Source of the DNA: a virus
Reading direction: 5' to 3' (one strand)
DNA: 64,000 nucleotides
Virus record (IMG/VR): IMGVR_UViG_3300002835_000155
Span: 3,862 to 67,861 of that record
The notes under the pieces were generated by a model, which was given only the letters and a program-made list of their open reading frames with translations, was not told the origin of the DNA and ran no database searches. Shown here piece by piece: positions 28,292 through 38,023 of this stretch (position 1 is its first letter; each line of letters starts with the position of its first letter). The position numbers and the translations under genes are program-made.

Positions 28292-29492
28292 ATTTCTTTT
28301 TCCAGTCGTCAAAAAACGGTTTTTGGTTTTGCATGAATGAGTCGAGGTAGAGAGTCCGCATAGCCACGTTATCCATAAACTCACAATAACACTCGCTGGC
28401 GTTGAAGTTTTGACCTGGCCAATTCTCAACACCACCGTATCGATCCTGTACTCTCGTCCCAGGAAGGTACTTCGCTCGGACAGCGAAGAAGGTTCCAGCA
28501 TAGTGCCAGCCTCGTTGCGGATCAGTTTGTGCTAAGCCAAACATTCGAAACGAACCTACCATTTTGTAGCCCGCATTCATATGTTTGATAACCCGATCGT
28601 GTGAAAATATCACACTCTCGTACATCCAATCAATCCACAGATCGATAGCTTTTGAATTGAAGGTTCGCTCCCTGACGCCCTTACCGTGAGCGTATAAAAA
28701 GATATCGTTCTGTCCTCGTGGCATGATTTGCTGAAGCAGAGTGAAGGATGGGTTCTCACCGTGCGGCGTATTGCCAGCGGTGACTATTTCTATTCGTGGG
28801 TCAAGAGCAGCACGTACTTCTTCAACGGGACTCGTCGTGTCGTCAGTAACCACAATAACGACGCACTTCCCAGTGATCATACTAGCCAGCTTGTTCCAAG
28901 CGTCCGCATGTCGTTGCCAATACCCTCTGATCGGCCAAAGGTGAGCCCCGAAGTGGAGCGTTGGTGGCTCCGTAAATGGATCTGGTGTTGGTGGTGGACA
29001 GTCTTTGACATCGTTGTAGTTTCGCGTCTGATTCGCAGTTGGGCCTTTTGCAGTACCACCTGCGGTCCAAGCATCGCCACGGGCTCTTGCTGGTCTCTCC
29101 AGTTTAATACGCGGACTCGGGCAACTCGTCGTCGCTGCCGCCAGCACTCCCGTCACGATTTCCCCGATCCTTTTCCGCTGCCCTTCTTTGTCGCCGTGTG
29201 CAGCCCGCCACGATGGAGGCCATTCAATTTCAGCATACAGTTTCTGGACGATTGCGGCATGATCGTGATTAGGCTTTCCGTTAAGCCCCATCAAGTAGTT
29301 GCGGCACGTTCCGCAGTTCACTCGCTGGCCCGTCTCTGCCTCGACCGCTGTCAACATGAGCGAGCCAGCGTTTGAGCAGTCTCGGCATGGTCTTGGTCCC
29401 GCTGAGCACGATCGACGCGCCGGGACATCCCCGCCGCCAAACGATGTGACGTATCGCCCATCTGTTTGCAGTCGCTTAGTGACGAGAGGCAT
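28281..29492 (-). CDS. Cys-rich N-terminus plus glycosyltransferase-like C-terminal domain
   Basis: Start MPLVTKR; CRDC and CGTC; FLYAHGKG...WHYAGTFF...E.WPG pattern of viral GT-like proteins. Confidence 0.6.
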   Translation of the reverse strand: MPLVTKRLQTDGRYVTSFGGGDVPARRSCSAGPRPCRDCSNAGSLMLTAVEAETGQRVNCGTCRNYLMGLNGKPNHDHAAIVQKLYAEIEWPPSWRAAHGDKEGQRKRIGEIVTGVLAAATTSCPSPRIKLERPARARGDAWTAGGTAKGPTANQTRNYNDVKDCPPPTPDPFTEPPTLHFGAHLWPIRGYWQRHADAWNKLASMITGKCVVIVVTDDTTSPVEEVRAALDPRIEIVTAGNTPHGENPSFTLLQQIMPRGQNDIFLYAHGKGVRERTFNSKAIDLWIDWMYESVIFSHDRVIKHMNAGYKMVGSFRMFGLAQTDPQRGWHYAGTFFAVRAKYLPGTRVQDRYGGVENWPGQNFNASECYCEFMDNVAMRTLYLDSFMQNQKPFFDDWKKKYAP

Positions 29493-29631
29493 CGAAGTCC
29501 CTCTGCACGCGGTCCATTTCTTCAAGTCGATTTGCCCAGTCGCGTTCTTCGTATTGTCGCAATGTGATCGGAATATGTGCCAACAATGACGCGATAGCCT
29601 CGACCAGCAAAATCAAAAAGATTTCCTTCAT
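29476..29631 (-). CDS. 51-aa protein with hydrophobic N-terminus (not in ORF track)
   Basis: GGAGG RBS; MKEIFLILLVEAIASLLAHIPITLRQYEERDWANRLEEMDRVQRDFDASRH. Confidence 0.55.
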   Translation of the reverse strand: MKEIFLILLVEAIASLLAHIPITLRQYEERDWANRLEEMDRVQRDFDASRH

Positions 29632-29632
29632 G

Positions 29633-30919
29633 TCAGCATCCTCCGTAGGTTGCCTCTTGCGTTGGATTGCGAAGTGTAAAATCGTAATAGGCCGAGCCTA
29701 ATAGCATGTTGTGAATTGTGATGTAAATCAGATGCGATGTTGCGGCGTTTCCCGGCGTTTCGTTTTTGCAGCACAGAGAATACTCATAACTAATATGCCT
29801 CAGTGGCGACCCGGATGAGTGGTACACTACGCCATAGTATTCGTACTTTTGAACGATCGTGTCGTCTCTGAATGGATTCGTTGCGTCCGATGCTTTTTTT
29901 ACAATTACGATGTATTTTGCGTTATCTGGATTGAGGCAACTCGGCATCAACGGAAAGATCAGGTCCGTCACCGAGATAGCAAAAACGCAGTCCTCTGGAT
30001 TCCATGCACGTTCGGCAAGTGGAACCAATGTGCCGCCCGATCCAATCGCCCCACCGATAGGAGACAGATTACAGGATGTTCCTCCAGAGACGACCGTTCC
30101 GAGCATGGTTGCGTCAAAGTCAGCGCGACACTCGCATTCAAAAGGACCGATTTCCTCGCAACTGCACTGCTTGCACGCCACGCTAATAATCGTGCCGTCG
30201 TAGAGTGTCACGCTTGCCGACATATCGGCACAGCCAGTGACGAAGACAGGATCTTGTTCCTCACCGTTAGCGGTCAGCGTGATAACACATTCGCCAGTGT
30301 ACTCGTCTCTGCCGAGGGCAACCGACAGCTCGTAGTACCCGACAGTGCCCTCCCAAACAGGGGCGTCACACGGATACGACACGTCGCAGATTTCGCCTTC
30401 TCCGACTATGATACCTACGTCGGTAATCGTCACGCATAGACAATCACACGAACACCGGCACGTTCCGCAAAAGAAGTCTCTGCAGCCCGTGTCGGGATTA
30501 TCGATCAGTGCCAGTTCGCGAGGCTCATATTTTGACCATCGCAACGTGCCTTCAAGGTATCCAGTCGACACCGCCACCTCGCCGGATGGATCTCGGCAAC
30601 TCGCTCCTTCGTAACATGTTGCACGGTAGACCTCTTCGTCGTCGAGAGTGACGATGTACTCACATTCATCAGTGAGGTAGTTCCGCTCCCAGTACGAGAC
30701 AAAGGCGACCGAACCAACTGTGCCCGTCCATGACGTTCCGGCGAATGTGGCTGAGCCGTATGCAATGTCTTCACCGTAGACTTCCCACTCCAAGCATAGC
30801 TTGCAAGGCAGGGCACCGCAGCATTGATCAGCCGGGGCAGTGTCGCAAGTTTCAACCATGAACTCAGCACAGGGTTCTAGCTTCGTTGGCGATGCTTTGC
30901 GAAGATACCTCGGAGGCAT
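29633..30919 (-). CDS. Cys-rich acidic repeat protein, probable tail fiber/receptor-binding protein
   Basis: More than 30 Cys; two related modules (LC...W.GTVG...EC..T...E......C). Confidence 0.65.
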   Translation of the reverse strand: MPPRYLRKASPTKLEPCAEFMVETCDTAPADQCCGALPCKLCLEWEVYGEDIAYGSATFAGTSWTGTVGSVAFVSYWERNYLTDECEYIVTLDDEEVYRATCYEGASCRDPSGEVAVSTGYLEGTLRWSKYEPRELALIDNPDTGCRDFFCGTCRCSCDCLCVTITDVGIIVGEGEICDVSYPCDAPVWEGTVGYYELSVALGRDEYTGECVITLTANGEEQDPVFVTGCADMSASVTLYDGTIISVACKQCSCEEIGPFECECRADFDATMLGTVVSGGTSCNLSPIGGAIGSGGTLVPLAERAWNPEDCVFAISVTDLIFPLMPSCLNPDNAKYIVIVKKASDATNPFRDDTIVQKYEYYGVVYHSSGSPLRHISYEYSLCCKNETPGNAATSHLIYITIHNMLLGSAYYDFTLRNPTQEATYGGC

Positions 30920-31611
30920 TATTCACACTCCGGCTGGGCACAAAGGTCGTCGATGATCCAACGAGGTTCGCAGTACCCCGTCAGTGGATAGTGGTACGTT
31001 GCTCGCCCTGTCGTTCCAACCAAGTCCTGCGGGGTCAATCCACTCAGGTAATTGCAGATGTCATAGACATAGTACTCGCCGCCGTACTCCGACCCCGGCG
31101 GGGTTCCTGTGCAGCTCTGGTTGTAGTAGGTTGCTGTGACTACGAGCGTCGTTTCGTCGACGTAGTCAGTCTCGGGACACAGGACACTGTCAATGGTGAA
31201 CCAGATGGTGTGACCGCCACCGGAGCCGCCCCCGACTTGTACAACTACGCCTATGCCGTCTGCCGCCTGCTGCAGCACCCGGAACCCAACACCACCATCA
31301 GACATTTCCCACGACCCATCGGTTGGGCCAACTTCGTCGCCAACAGACGCAGCAGCATCAAGCAGTACCACCCTCGGTTTATTCCAGACGAGGGACTCAC
31401 CTCGCTTCGCACTGGCGACCGGTACCGGACCGTTGACGAAGAATAAACCCGACGTGTTGTCAGGTTTACTGGCATGACTGGTCGTATCAAAGGCCGTCCG
31501 TAACTGGACCACCCCGAACGCCGGTATCTCCTCCCCAGCGTCGTTAACCCAAGGGACAACCGCAGACAAGTCTACAGCCGATCTGTTTGGTACTCGACTC
31601 CTGTCAGTCAT
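30919..31611 (-). CDS. Putative tail tip protein
   Basis: NDAGEEIPAFGVV...FFVNGP...GP..GSW; Gly linker; position in tail module. Confidence 0.6.
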   Translation of the reverse strand: MTDRSRVPNRSAVDLSAVVPWVNDAGEEIPAFGVVQLRTAFDTTSHASKPDNTSGLFFVNGPVPVASAKRGESLVWNKPRVVLLDAAASVGDEVGPTDGSWEMSDGGVGFRVLQQAADGIGVVVQVGGGSGGGHTIWFTIDSVLCPETDYVDETTLVVTATYYNQSCTGTPPGSEYGGEYYVYDICNYLSGLTPQDLVGTTGRATYHYPLTGYCEPRWIIDDLCAQPECE

Positions 31612-33244
31612 TGTTGTCTCGCTTACGTGACTCTACCACCTTAGACCTCTGGATATGCACAGCAGACTTCATCGCCCTCAGGTGAGCCACTCGCTGAGCC
31701 CGAGAAGGAATCCTCCGGTCGAACTCGAAGTTCTGCGAAGCTGTAGTACGGTTTACCGCATGACTGTGTTCTCCGCAAGTCATAACATGTTTAATTTGTT
31801 GGATCGCCCCGTCACACCGTAGAGCCAGCTTCGGCTGGTTGTACACGACGTACCGACTGGCCGACGTCGCGAACATACCTGCAGCCGCAGTAGCCGCTGC
31901 ATCGCCCAACGCGATCAGAGACACCGCGTTGGTGGAGTACCCAGTAACTGCATGACTTGTGTCGTACGTGACAATCGTCTCAGCACGGTCTTCGTGCCTT
32001 ATCGTGTAATACCCGACACCTGACGGTTCAGCGTCCACGTCGTACTCGTAGTGTCGCCATGCTCCTGTGGTCGAGTCACGGATGCGAATCGTCACTTCGA
32101 TGTACAGCTCCGCTGCTTTAACGTCAGAGTTATCCATCCAGTAGATAGGCTTCTCAAACAGCAGCAACCCGTTCTCACCATCGAACCTGTACCGTCTCCC
32201 CATGACGCGGTCACCGATATCCGTATTACCTCCCACGAAAGGCTGTGCCTTCTCGTCCGGAAGCTGGTGGTACTTACCGTAAACCCGGAGGTTCTCATAC
32301 GTATCATCAGGCCGGAAGTCTTCAGTGCTTAGCAGCCTGCCGTCGATTGGCAGGATCTGGTCGAGAGTTGTTAATGACCCGGACCCGTCCGGTATGGTCC
32401 ACGTCCCGTCAGCGAAACCTTTGACACGGTAGGCTGACCGGACGTACGCCTGAGCTTCTATCTTCTGGTCGTCGGTCAGGGGGTCTGTAGCTTCGTTCAA
32501 GCTGTACGGTGCAACACGCTCCCAACCCCCTGCTGGCTTAATAGACAGATCGTCGATCAGCTTCCAGGAGCCGTCAGTGTCCAGTCCTACAGCTTCCATC
32601 TTCAGCCGTACCTGAGCGACAGAATCCTCGAAGCAGTTTCGGAAGTACCGAGGGACCAGCTTCGGGTCTATCGTGTCTGACCCAGCAAACGCATCCGTTA
32701 AAGAAAGGGTCGCCCCGGTGCCGAGCTTCACCACGGTGACAGTCTCAGAGCCAAAACCAAGGGCGACCGAGTATCCATACTCAGTAAAGAGTGCTTCCGC
32801 TACCTCGACCACGTCATCGCATCGCCATGACACGGGAGGGTAGATGTTTGTTGGCAGTGCAGACACGTCGGCTGATGCCTCACCGAGTGCGGTCATCAAG
32901 AGAGTACCGAGCTGTCTGAGGGTTCTGACGCGGGACTTCGACCCAGCCCGTAGTGTGTTGTACTCACCCGAGATCGGGGCCGCACGGGTCCACCGCTCAC
33001 GCCGGTCCAGAACCTTCAGCAATGTGAACCACCCATCATCTGTTGCTCGCATGGACGCAAGGTCAACAACACAGTCTGGAAGCGTTATGGTGGTGGCACT
33101 CCAGACAAACGATAGTGTGCCGGACGTTGGTATCGCTGCTACCTGCGGGTTGAAGCGAAGTAGTGCAACATCTGCCGCAAACCCCAGGGTCTGGTTGTAC
33201 TCAGCTTCCACCGGGTCTACGATGCTGGTGAAGGACCAACTCAT
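31604..33244 (-). CDS. Putative tail hub/baseplate protein
   Basis: 546-aa beta-rich ORF in the tail module. Confidence 0.55.
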   Translation of the reverse strand: MSWSFTSIVDPVEAEYNQTLGFAADVALLRFNPQVAAIPTSGTLSFVWSATTITLPDCVVDLASMRATDDGWFTLLKVLDRRERWTRAAPISGEYNTLRAGSKSRVRTLRQLGTLLMTALGEASADVSALPTNIYPPVSWRCDDVVEVAEALFTEYGYSVALGFGSETVTVVKLGTGATLSLTDAFAGSDTIDPKLVPRYFRNCFEDSVAQVRLKMEAVGLDTDGSWKLIDDLSIKPAGGWERVAPYSLNEATDPLTDDQKIEAQAYVRSAYRVKGFADGTWTIPDGSGSLTTLDQILPIDGRLLSTEDFRPDDTYENLRVYGKYHQLPDEKAQPFVGGNTDIGDRVMGRRYRFDGENGLLLFEKPIYWMDNSDVKAAELYIEVTIRIRDSTTGAWRHYEYDVDAEPSGVGYYTIRHEDRAETIVTYDTSHAVTGYSTNAVSLIALGDAAATAAAGMFATSASRYVVYNQPKLALRCDGAIQQIKHVMTCGEHSHAVNRTTASQNFEFDRRIPSRAQRVAHLRAMKSAVHIQRSKVVESRKRDNND

Positions 33245-34017
33245 TCGATTGCCTCAACGGTCGGTACAATGAATGCGTTAAACCCCTGGCTCGTTGTGGC
33301 TTCCATCGCGTACTGCCACGATGTTCCATACATCTCGGCCCCACCAACAACGATGTCTTGTGCGTCTGTGTACTCGACTACCCGCATTTCACCATGCTCG
33401 ATCGATGGGTACAGTGGGTCCGCTGGTACTGGGAAATCTGACCGGCCGATAGCCTCACCCTCCTGGATGTACCAGAAGCTGGTTGCTGTCTGTAAGGTCT
33501 GAGCGTCTGGCTCCCCCGTGATCTTTGGGGAGTACCGCCACAGTGGGCCACCGGTGCCTTTGACTGTCAACTTCTGCTTGAGAGCGTAAAGCCCGTCACC
33601 GACCCGAATCTCTGCCCGCAGTACAAGGAAGAAGGTTCTGGTGTTCGTGTACTCGACACGACCACCCCAAGGCCCGTTGATAAATGACGGGGGTACGACT
33701 ACTTTCGTACCGCCGAATGTTTCTTCGTTGAAGACAAGGTGCCTTGTCGGTGTAACTCCATCATCGTGGTACAGGCCGAAGTCCTGGTAGTCGATGTTGT
33801 ACGCTTCAGTCAGATCGAACAGAGCATCAGTCAGGTTCTGCTTGGTGATCTCAGGGTCCGCATCGTCATCGACTTTCTTCACGCCGACGATTGTGTACTC
33901 GATGATGTCCCCCATGCGGCGGTTGAACTTGTCAACAATCCACTGTACCGAGGTGCGTACCATCACCTCATCTACATCGTGTGCATACTCGCCGTACATG
34001 AAGATCATAGATGCCAC
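33241..34017 (-). CDS. Putative distal tail protein
   Basis: Position and composition only. Confidence 0.5.
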   Translation of the reverse strand: MASMIFMYGEYAHDVDEVMVRTSVQWIVDKFNRRMGDIIEYTIVGVKKVDDDADPEITKQNLTDALFDLTEAYNIDYQDFGLYHDDGVTPTRHLVFNEETFGGTKVVVPPSFINGPWGGRVEYTNTRTFFLVLRAEIRVGDGLYALKQKLTVKGTGGPLWRYSPKITGEPDAQTLQTATSFWYIQEGEAIGRSDFPVPADPLYPSIEHGEMRVVEYTDAQDIVVGGAEMYGTSWQYAMEATTSQGFNAFIVPTVEAIE

Positions 34018-34709
34018 CGATCGAGGTCTGATGTGTTACCTTCGTTCGCCCTGAAAGACCGGGCAACAAAGGCTTCTGTCGACTCAAGGTTACTTGTTGA
34101 CATCGGTGCTCGTAGGTCTCGGGCACCGGATACATCCTGTCTGGGGGGTAATTGTATCAGGTCATCTACGACTGAGAAGATTTCTTTTGGGTCAAGCGGA
34201 AAGTTCGGTGGTACCGTCACGGTGACCTGAGCCCTCGGGGTAACCTGGGCCTGCCCTGTGGTCGACTGCCTATCCTTCATGGAGGCTGGAAGCCCTGCAA
34301 TAGTATCCAGTATCTTGGGTGTGGCAACTCGACCAGTAACTGTTTCCGGTGAGAACACCCGGGCCTCACCGACCTTCATCGGTTGCTGAGGTTTGGGGTT
34401 AACAGTCCGACCAGCTACTACCTCAGTCTTGTTTGGTACCGCAGGTCTGCCCGGTATCGTTTCCAACTGTGATACGCTGACCTGAACAGGTATGTCCGGC
34501 ATACCTGTTTTGGGATTCGCTACGGCCCCCACTTCCTTTGAAGTGTTGGTGGGGCTTGCCTCTGGTACCGCGTTGCCTAGTGGTTGTACCCCCTCAGATA
34601 CAACTCGCTCCAGGGATATCCTGTCCAACAGATCCTTTGGCCGAGACATCGGCGGTTCCTCCATCGGAGCTTCCGCCAGCAAACGGATCAAGTCGCTTAT
34701 CTCGTCCAT
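34005..34709 (-). CDS. Pro/Thr/Val-rich protein at the tape-measure position
   Basis: Repeats ETIPGRPAVP / ETVTGRVATP / DTIAGLPA; only 234 aa. Confidence 0.55.
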   Translation of the reverse strand: MDEISDLIRLLAEAPMEEPPMSRPKDLLDRISLERVVSEGVQPLGNAVPEASPTNTSKEVGAVANPKTGMPDIPVQVSVSQLETIPGRPAVPNKTEVVAGRTVNPKPQQPMKVGEARVFSPETVTGRVATPKILDTIAGLPASMKDRQSTTGQAQVTPRAQVTVTVPPNFPLDPKEIFSVVDDLIQLPPRQDVSGARDLRAPMSTSNLESTEAFVARSFRANEGNTSDLDRWHL

Positions 34710-35283
34710 ACAACACCGTCCATTCGATCAACATTCTGTTGCGGTGCCACAGCTCGTCCTGCATCGGACAATCGGTCCTGTACCTCCAGTAGTGCCGCCA
34801 AGTCTTTAACCATCGCTCGTTCGAGAGGCCGTTGGGCTCCGACCAGTGTCCCTTGAGACAGCCTCGATGTGTCTCACATGGAACTTTGATTCCTCCGGGA
34901 AGGATTGTTGGTTCCCCGCTCGGTCCGACGTGTAGAGTTCCATCTTCATGGTTGACACAGTATTTCCGACATGTCGAGCAGGACAGCACACTCAGACCTG
35001 GGTTCGTTGCGTGGAGTTGAATGCTATCACTGAGGTCCTGAAAGTCTCGTGACTCATCCTTCGACGTGTAGCCGAGAACAATGTTGATAACCTCAGACTT
35101 GAACTGATCCGCTGCGTCTCCACGGTTCCAGACATGTGAACGCACCAAACTGAGCCACGCCCCCTCTGGGTCCGTGACGGCCAACTCTTTCCACTCCTTC
35201 TTCTCAATCCACAACATCGGGCGGCAAAAGACGCCCGGTGCTGCTTCCTGAGTGAATCCGTCATTAAGGTACGCTGGGATCAT
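34594..35283 (-). CDS. Putative tail assembly chaperone with Zn motifs
   Basis: Follows the tube gene; CSTC and PC....C.KGH motifs. Confidence 0.55.
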   Translation of the reverse strand: MIPAYLNDGFTQEAAPGVFCRPMLWIEKKEWKELAVTDPEGAWLSLVRSHVWNRGDAADQFKSEVINIVLGYTSKDESRDFQDLSDSIQLHATNPGLSVLSCSTCRKYCVNHEDGTLHVGPSGEPTILPGGIKVPCETHRGCLKGHWSEPNGLSNERWLKTWRHYWRYRTDCPMQDELWHRNRMLIEWTVLYGRDKRLDPFAGGSSDGGTADVSAKGSVGQDIPGASCI

Positions 35284-36146
35284 GTGTTAACCAGTACCAC
35301 GTTAAAGGCTGCAGTAGCTGAAGTACGATGTGCTTCCCAAGTCATCGGCAATCGGATCTCTTCGAGAGAACCTTCGATGGACGGTCCTTCTGGGATGAAT
35401 ACAGCGTTCGGCAGGTTGATCGTCACAGTGTCGGTGCCGTTGGTCAGGACTAATGCGTGGTCGTTACCAGATACAGTTGAGTCCCTCCAGTCCCAATAGA
35501 AGTCCTTCGTACCGGCGATGTACGGGATACTGGTAGCAAGCAGTGTCTGACGTGGTCCGTTGCCAACATCAGTCAGAGCTACGTTTGCATTCCACGACGG
35601 GATCAGTTTGTTGTCGATGACAAAGGCGAACCGGTCAAAGTCAATATCGGTGCTGTTGATCGCGTAGGTGGCCCCAGCGAACGGAAAAATGTTGTCAACA
35701 GTGCCGTCAACCCACGACGGGGCTCCTTCGGTTTCATCCTCAGCGATCCATTGGATCTCCAGAGAGACCGGCAGCGTACCCGTCTGGCCCCTCAGAATAA
35801 AACGACTCACCCGGCATCCCGAGAAGCTGTGGATGGCACCGACAGCGTCCACGTCAACCGTAATCGTTGTCAGTGCTGACTGGTTGGCTGTGTACGTACC
35901 GGTCACGTTGGTCAACCCGGCGAGTGGTAACAGCTCGACAAGGATCGGGTACGTAATGTCGTGATATGTTGTGAACGCAAACTTGCGACGACCTGACGCG
36001 GTTCGGTTGATCAGTGGATCTCGGTTACCGCAAATGGCGTCAGGGTTCTGTATCCGTTCAACTGAACTCTGATTCAGGAACTTGGCAAAACAGAACTTCT
36101 TCCCGTTAACCATCATACGGGCGTTGACCGGAACGGACATTGTCAT
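35280..36146 (-). CDS. Putative major tail tube protein
   Basis: 288 aa, beta-rich; F.IDN.L and TVTINLPN motifs of tube proteins; position. Confidence 0.6.
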   Translation of the reverse strand: MTMSVPVNARMMVNGKKFCFAKFLNQSSVERIQNPDAICGNRDPLINRTASGRRKFAFTTYHDITYPILVELLPLAGLTNVTGTYTANQSALTTITVDVDAVGAIHSFSGCRVSRFILRGQTGTLPVSLEIQWIAEDETEGAPSWVDGTVDNIFPFAGATYAINSTDIDFDRFAFVIDNKLIPSWNANVALTDVGNGPRQTLLATSIPYIAGTKDFYWDWRDSTVSGNDHALVLTNGTDTVTINLPNAVFIPEGPSIEGSLEEIRLPMTWEAHRTSATAAFNVVLVNT

Positions 36147-36664
36147 CTGTGGTGCCTCACCATAACTTGGAATGTGAACAAAGCAACCTGCTGCTCATGT
36201 CTGACCAGGCTCTGGGCTTCCGCAGACAACCTTTTGATAATGTGTACGACGAATGGATCATACACCTCCACGTCAGCGTCCTGCAAGAACGGATTAGGTA
36301 CCGCAAGCAGTTCAGTCCGGATGAGATCCATCCAATCCATGTACGTCCGAAGTGGGCCAGATGAATCGTAGTTTGACACGTCCAGAATTTGAATTGCTAT
36401 TCTTACGACTTCATCATCAGCACAGTTCAGCCCGGCCCCGATTGTGGACTCCACAGGCAGTGACGTAATTCGGATCGCGGGGAGAGCAATGTTTTGTATG
36501 CCGTTCTCCCCACGACCCTGTTCAACTGCTTTCCACACTCGAATGGCATTGGGTGGAACAGGTCGTACGACTTCCCCCTGACTGGCAGTGAACTGGCGGG
36601 TTGCCGCCATGCTCTCCAGTATAAGCCGCGTACGATTGAGAATGTTCCACTCGGGGGCTGCCAT
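36143..36664 (-). CDS. Putative tail terminator/neck protein
   Basis: LPAIRI motif; directly upstream of the tube gene. Confidence 0.55.
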   Translation of the reverse strand: MAAPEWNILNRTRLILESMAATRQFTASQGEVVRPVPPNAIRVWKAVEQGRGENGIQNIALPAIRITSLPVESTIGAGLNCADDEVVRIAIQILDVSNYDSSGPLRTYMDWMDLIRTELLAVPNPFLQDADVEVYDPFVVHIIKRLSAEAQSLVRHEQQVALFTFQVMVRHHR

Positions 36665-36885
36665 TACTCGTCGACTCCTACGTCAATCAAAAACTCCTGG
36701 GTCTGTCGCACCACCATCAGTTTGTGGACAAAGCTACCCTTGGTATATACTTCCAGTGTGTAGTTCGTGCCTATTTTACTTGTACCGATAGTCAGTACCC
36801 CCACGTCACACCGTCGCAGGATCTCACAGGCCAAGTCGGCCGTTGTCACCCACTCAAGCTCAGGTGTTTGCGGGGGAATGTCCAA
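36664..36885 (-). CDS. Small hypothetical protein
   Basis: Non-overlapping part of ORF 36664-37041; start uncertain (TTG ~36885). Confidence 0.5.
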   Translation of the reverse strand: MDIPPQTPELEWVTTADLACEILRRCDVGVLTIGTSKIGTNYTLEVYTKGSFVHKLMVVRQTQEFLIDVGVDE

Positions 36886-38023
36886 TGTCCTGTAGCCGTA
36901 GTCCGTACCATTGAGCGATCTGGGTTTTAGACCGGACTCGTCTGGAATCAGCGGACTTGGCTTCAAGGAAGGCTGCTGCCAGCCGAGTTTTTGACGTAAG
37001 CATCTCACTATGGTTGCCAACAGGTCTCGCACCGTACTCATCCTCCGCTAATCTTGCAACAAGAACCTCCATCGTCGCATCGGCAGTGTCGATGAGACTG
37101 GACGCTGTGTATGCTACATCATCGACAGCCAGTGCGGTATTGGAAATCCGACAAGTACTGGAAGTGAGACGCTCGACAACCCGGACCTCTGTGCAGTCCC
37201 TGTTATACCGGATGTCACCGGCTTGAGTATCGCCCCACGTACCTGTTGGCGTATCCGTATCGTTGTTGGCAATTCTCAACAGTACGTTGGCACCGGACCA
37301 CAGGGACGTAACCACGCCTTCAGAAAACGTCGCCACGCCAGAAGAGACCGTAACCGTTCCACGGCGTTCTCTAGTAAGGACATCATTCGGCCTCCTCGCT
37401 TTATACATGTACTGCAGGACAGCGTCCTGCGTCTGCTCCGTTGGTATCCACATGGCCCAACGCTGGGGGTTATTCGAATCGCCAATCAAGGCGTAGCTTG
37501 TTGGTAGGACGGGTGACCAGGCAAAGCCTTCCTGGATCTGGAATGCTTCGACAAGGTTCAACCTCATCATCTGTACGTTCTGGATACCCTCGATAACCTG
37601 TAGCACGTCTCCCACGTCCTGCGGGAGCGGGTACACCACCTGTTGAATCAGGTAGGACTCATCGTCAAGGTCCTCGATCGGGTGTTTGCCGTCGTATAGC
37701 TCGATGACTGTACTGCTGGTTCTCTTGTAGATCGGGTACCAGTTGTTGTTCAACCTGATGTGGCGAGACGTGGCGTTTGACGGCCACGTCGCACCAGTCA
37801 GTGTTACAAGCCGGGTAGAGACACTGAAGTCGACGGTGCCTGTGGTCTGACCTGCGTACGTGAGAAGCGTACCCATTCGATGGAAGTACGCCCACTCGTG
37901 CAGAGTCATCAGGCGAGCCCATGCTGATAGTACCGCGTTACGAACCTTTCCCTCCAGCCAGCCGGAGAGGGGTTGGTTAATCGCTACTGACATATGGGAC
38001 ATCATATCGTCGACTGTGATCAC
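36860..38023 (-). CDS. Putative head-tail adaptor with inserted beta domains
   Basis: Helical N-terminus, HEWAYF, YPLPQD; inserted GTV...T.TGATW modules. Confidence 0.6.
   Translation of the reverse strand: MITVDDMMSHMSVAINQPLSGWLEGKVRNAVLSAWARLMTLHEWAYFHRMGTLLTYAGQTTGTVDFSVSTRLVTLTGATWPSNATSRHIRLNNNWYPIYKRTSSTVIELYDGKHPIEDLDDESYLIQQVVYPLPQDVGDVLQVIEGIQNVQMMRLNLVEAFQIQEGFAWSPVLPTSYALIGDSNNPQRWAMWIPTEQTQDAVLQYMYKARRPNDVLTRERRGTVTVSSGVATFSEGVVTSLWSGANVLLRIANNDTDTPTGTWGDTQAGDIRYNRDCTEVRVVERLTSSTCRISNTALAVDDVAYTASSLIDTADATMEVLVARLAEDEYGARPVGNHSEMLTSKTRLAAAFLEAKSADSRRVRSKTQIAQWYGLRLQDIGHSPANT

Noticed and set aside
13233-30919. Diversity-generating retroelement
   Set aside because: No reverse transcriptase and no TR/VR pair with adenine-specific mismatches noticed.
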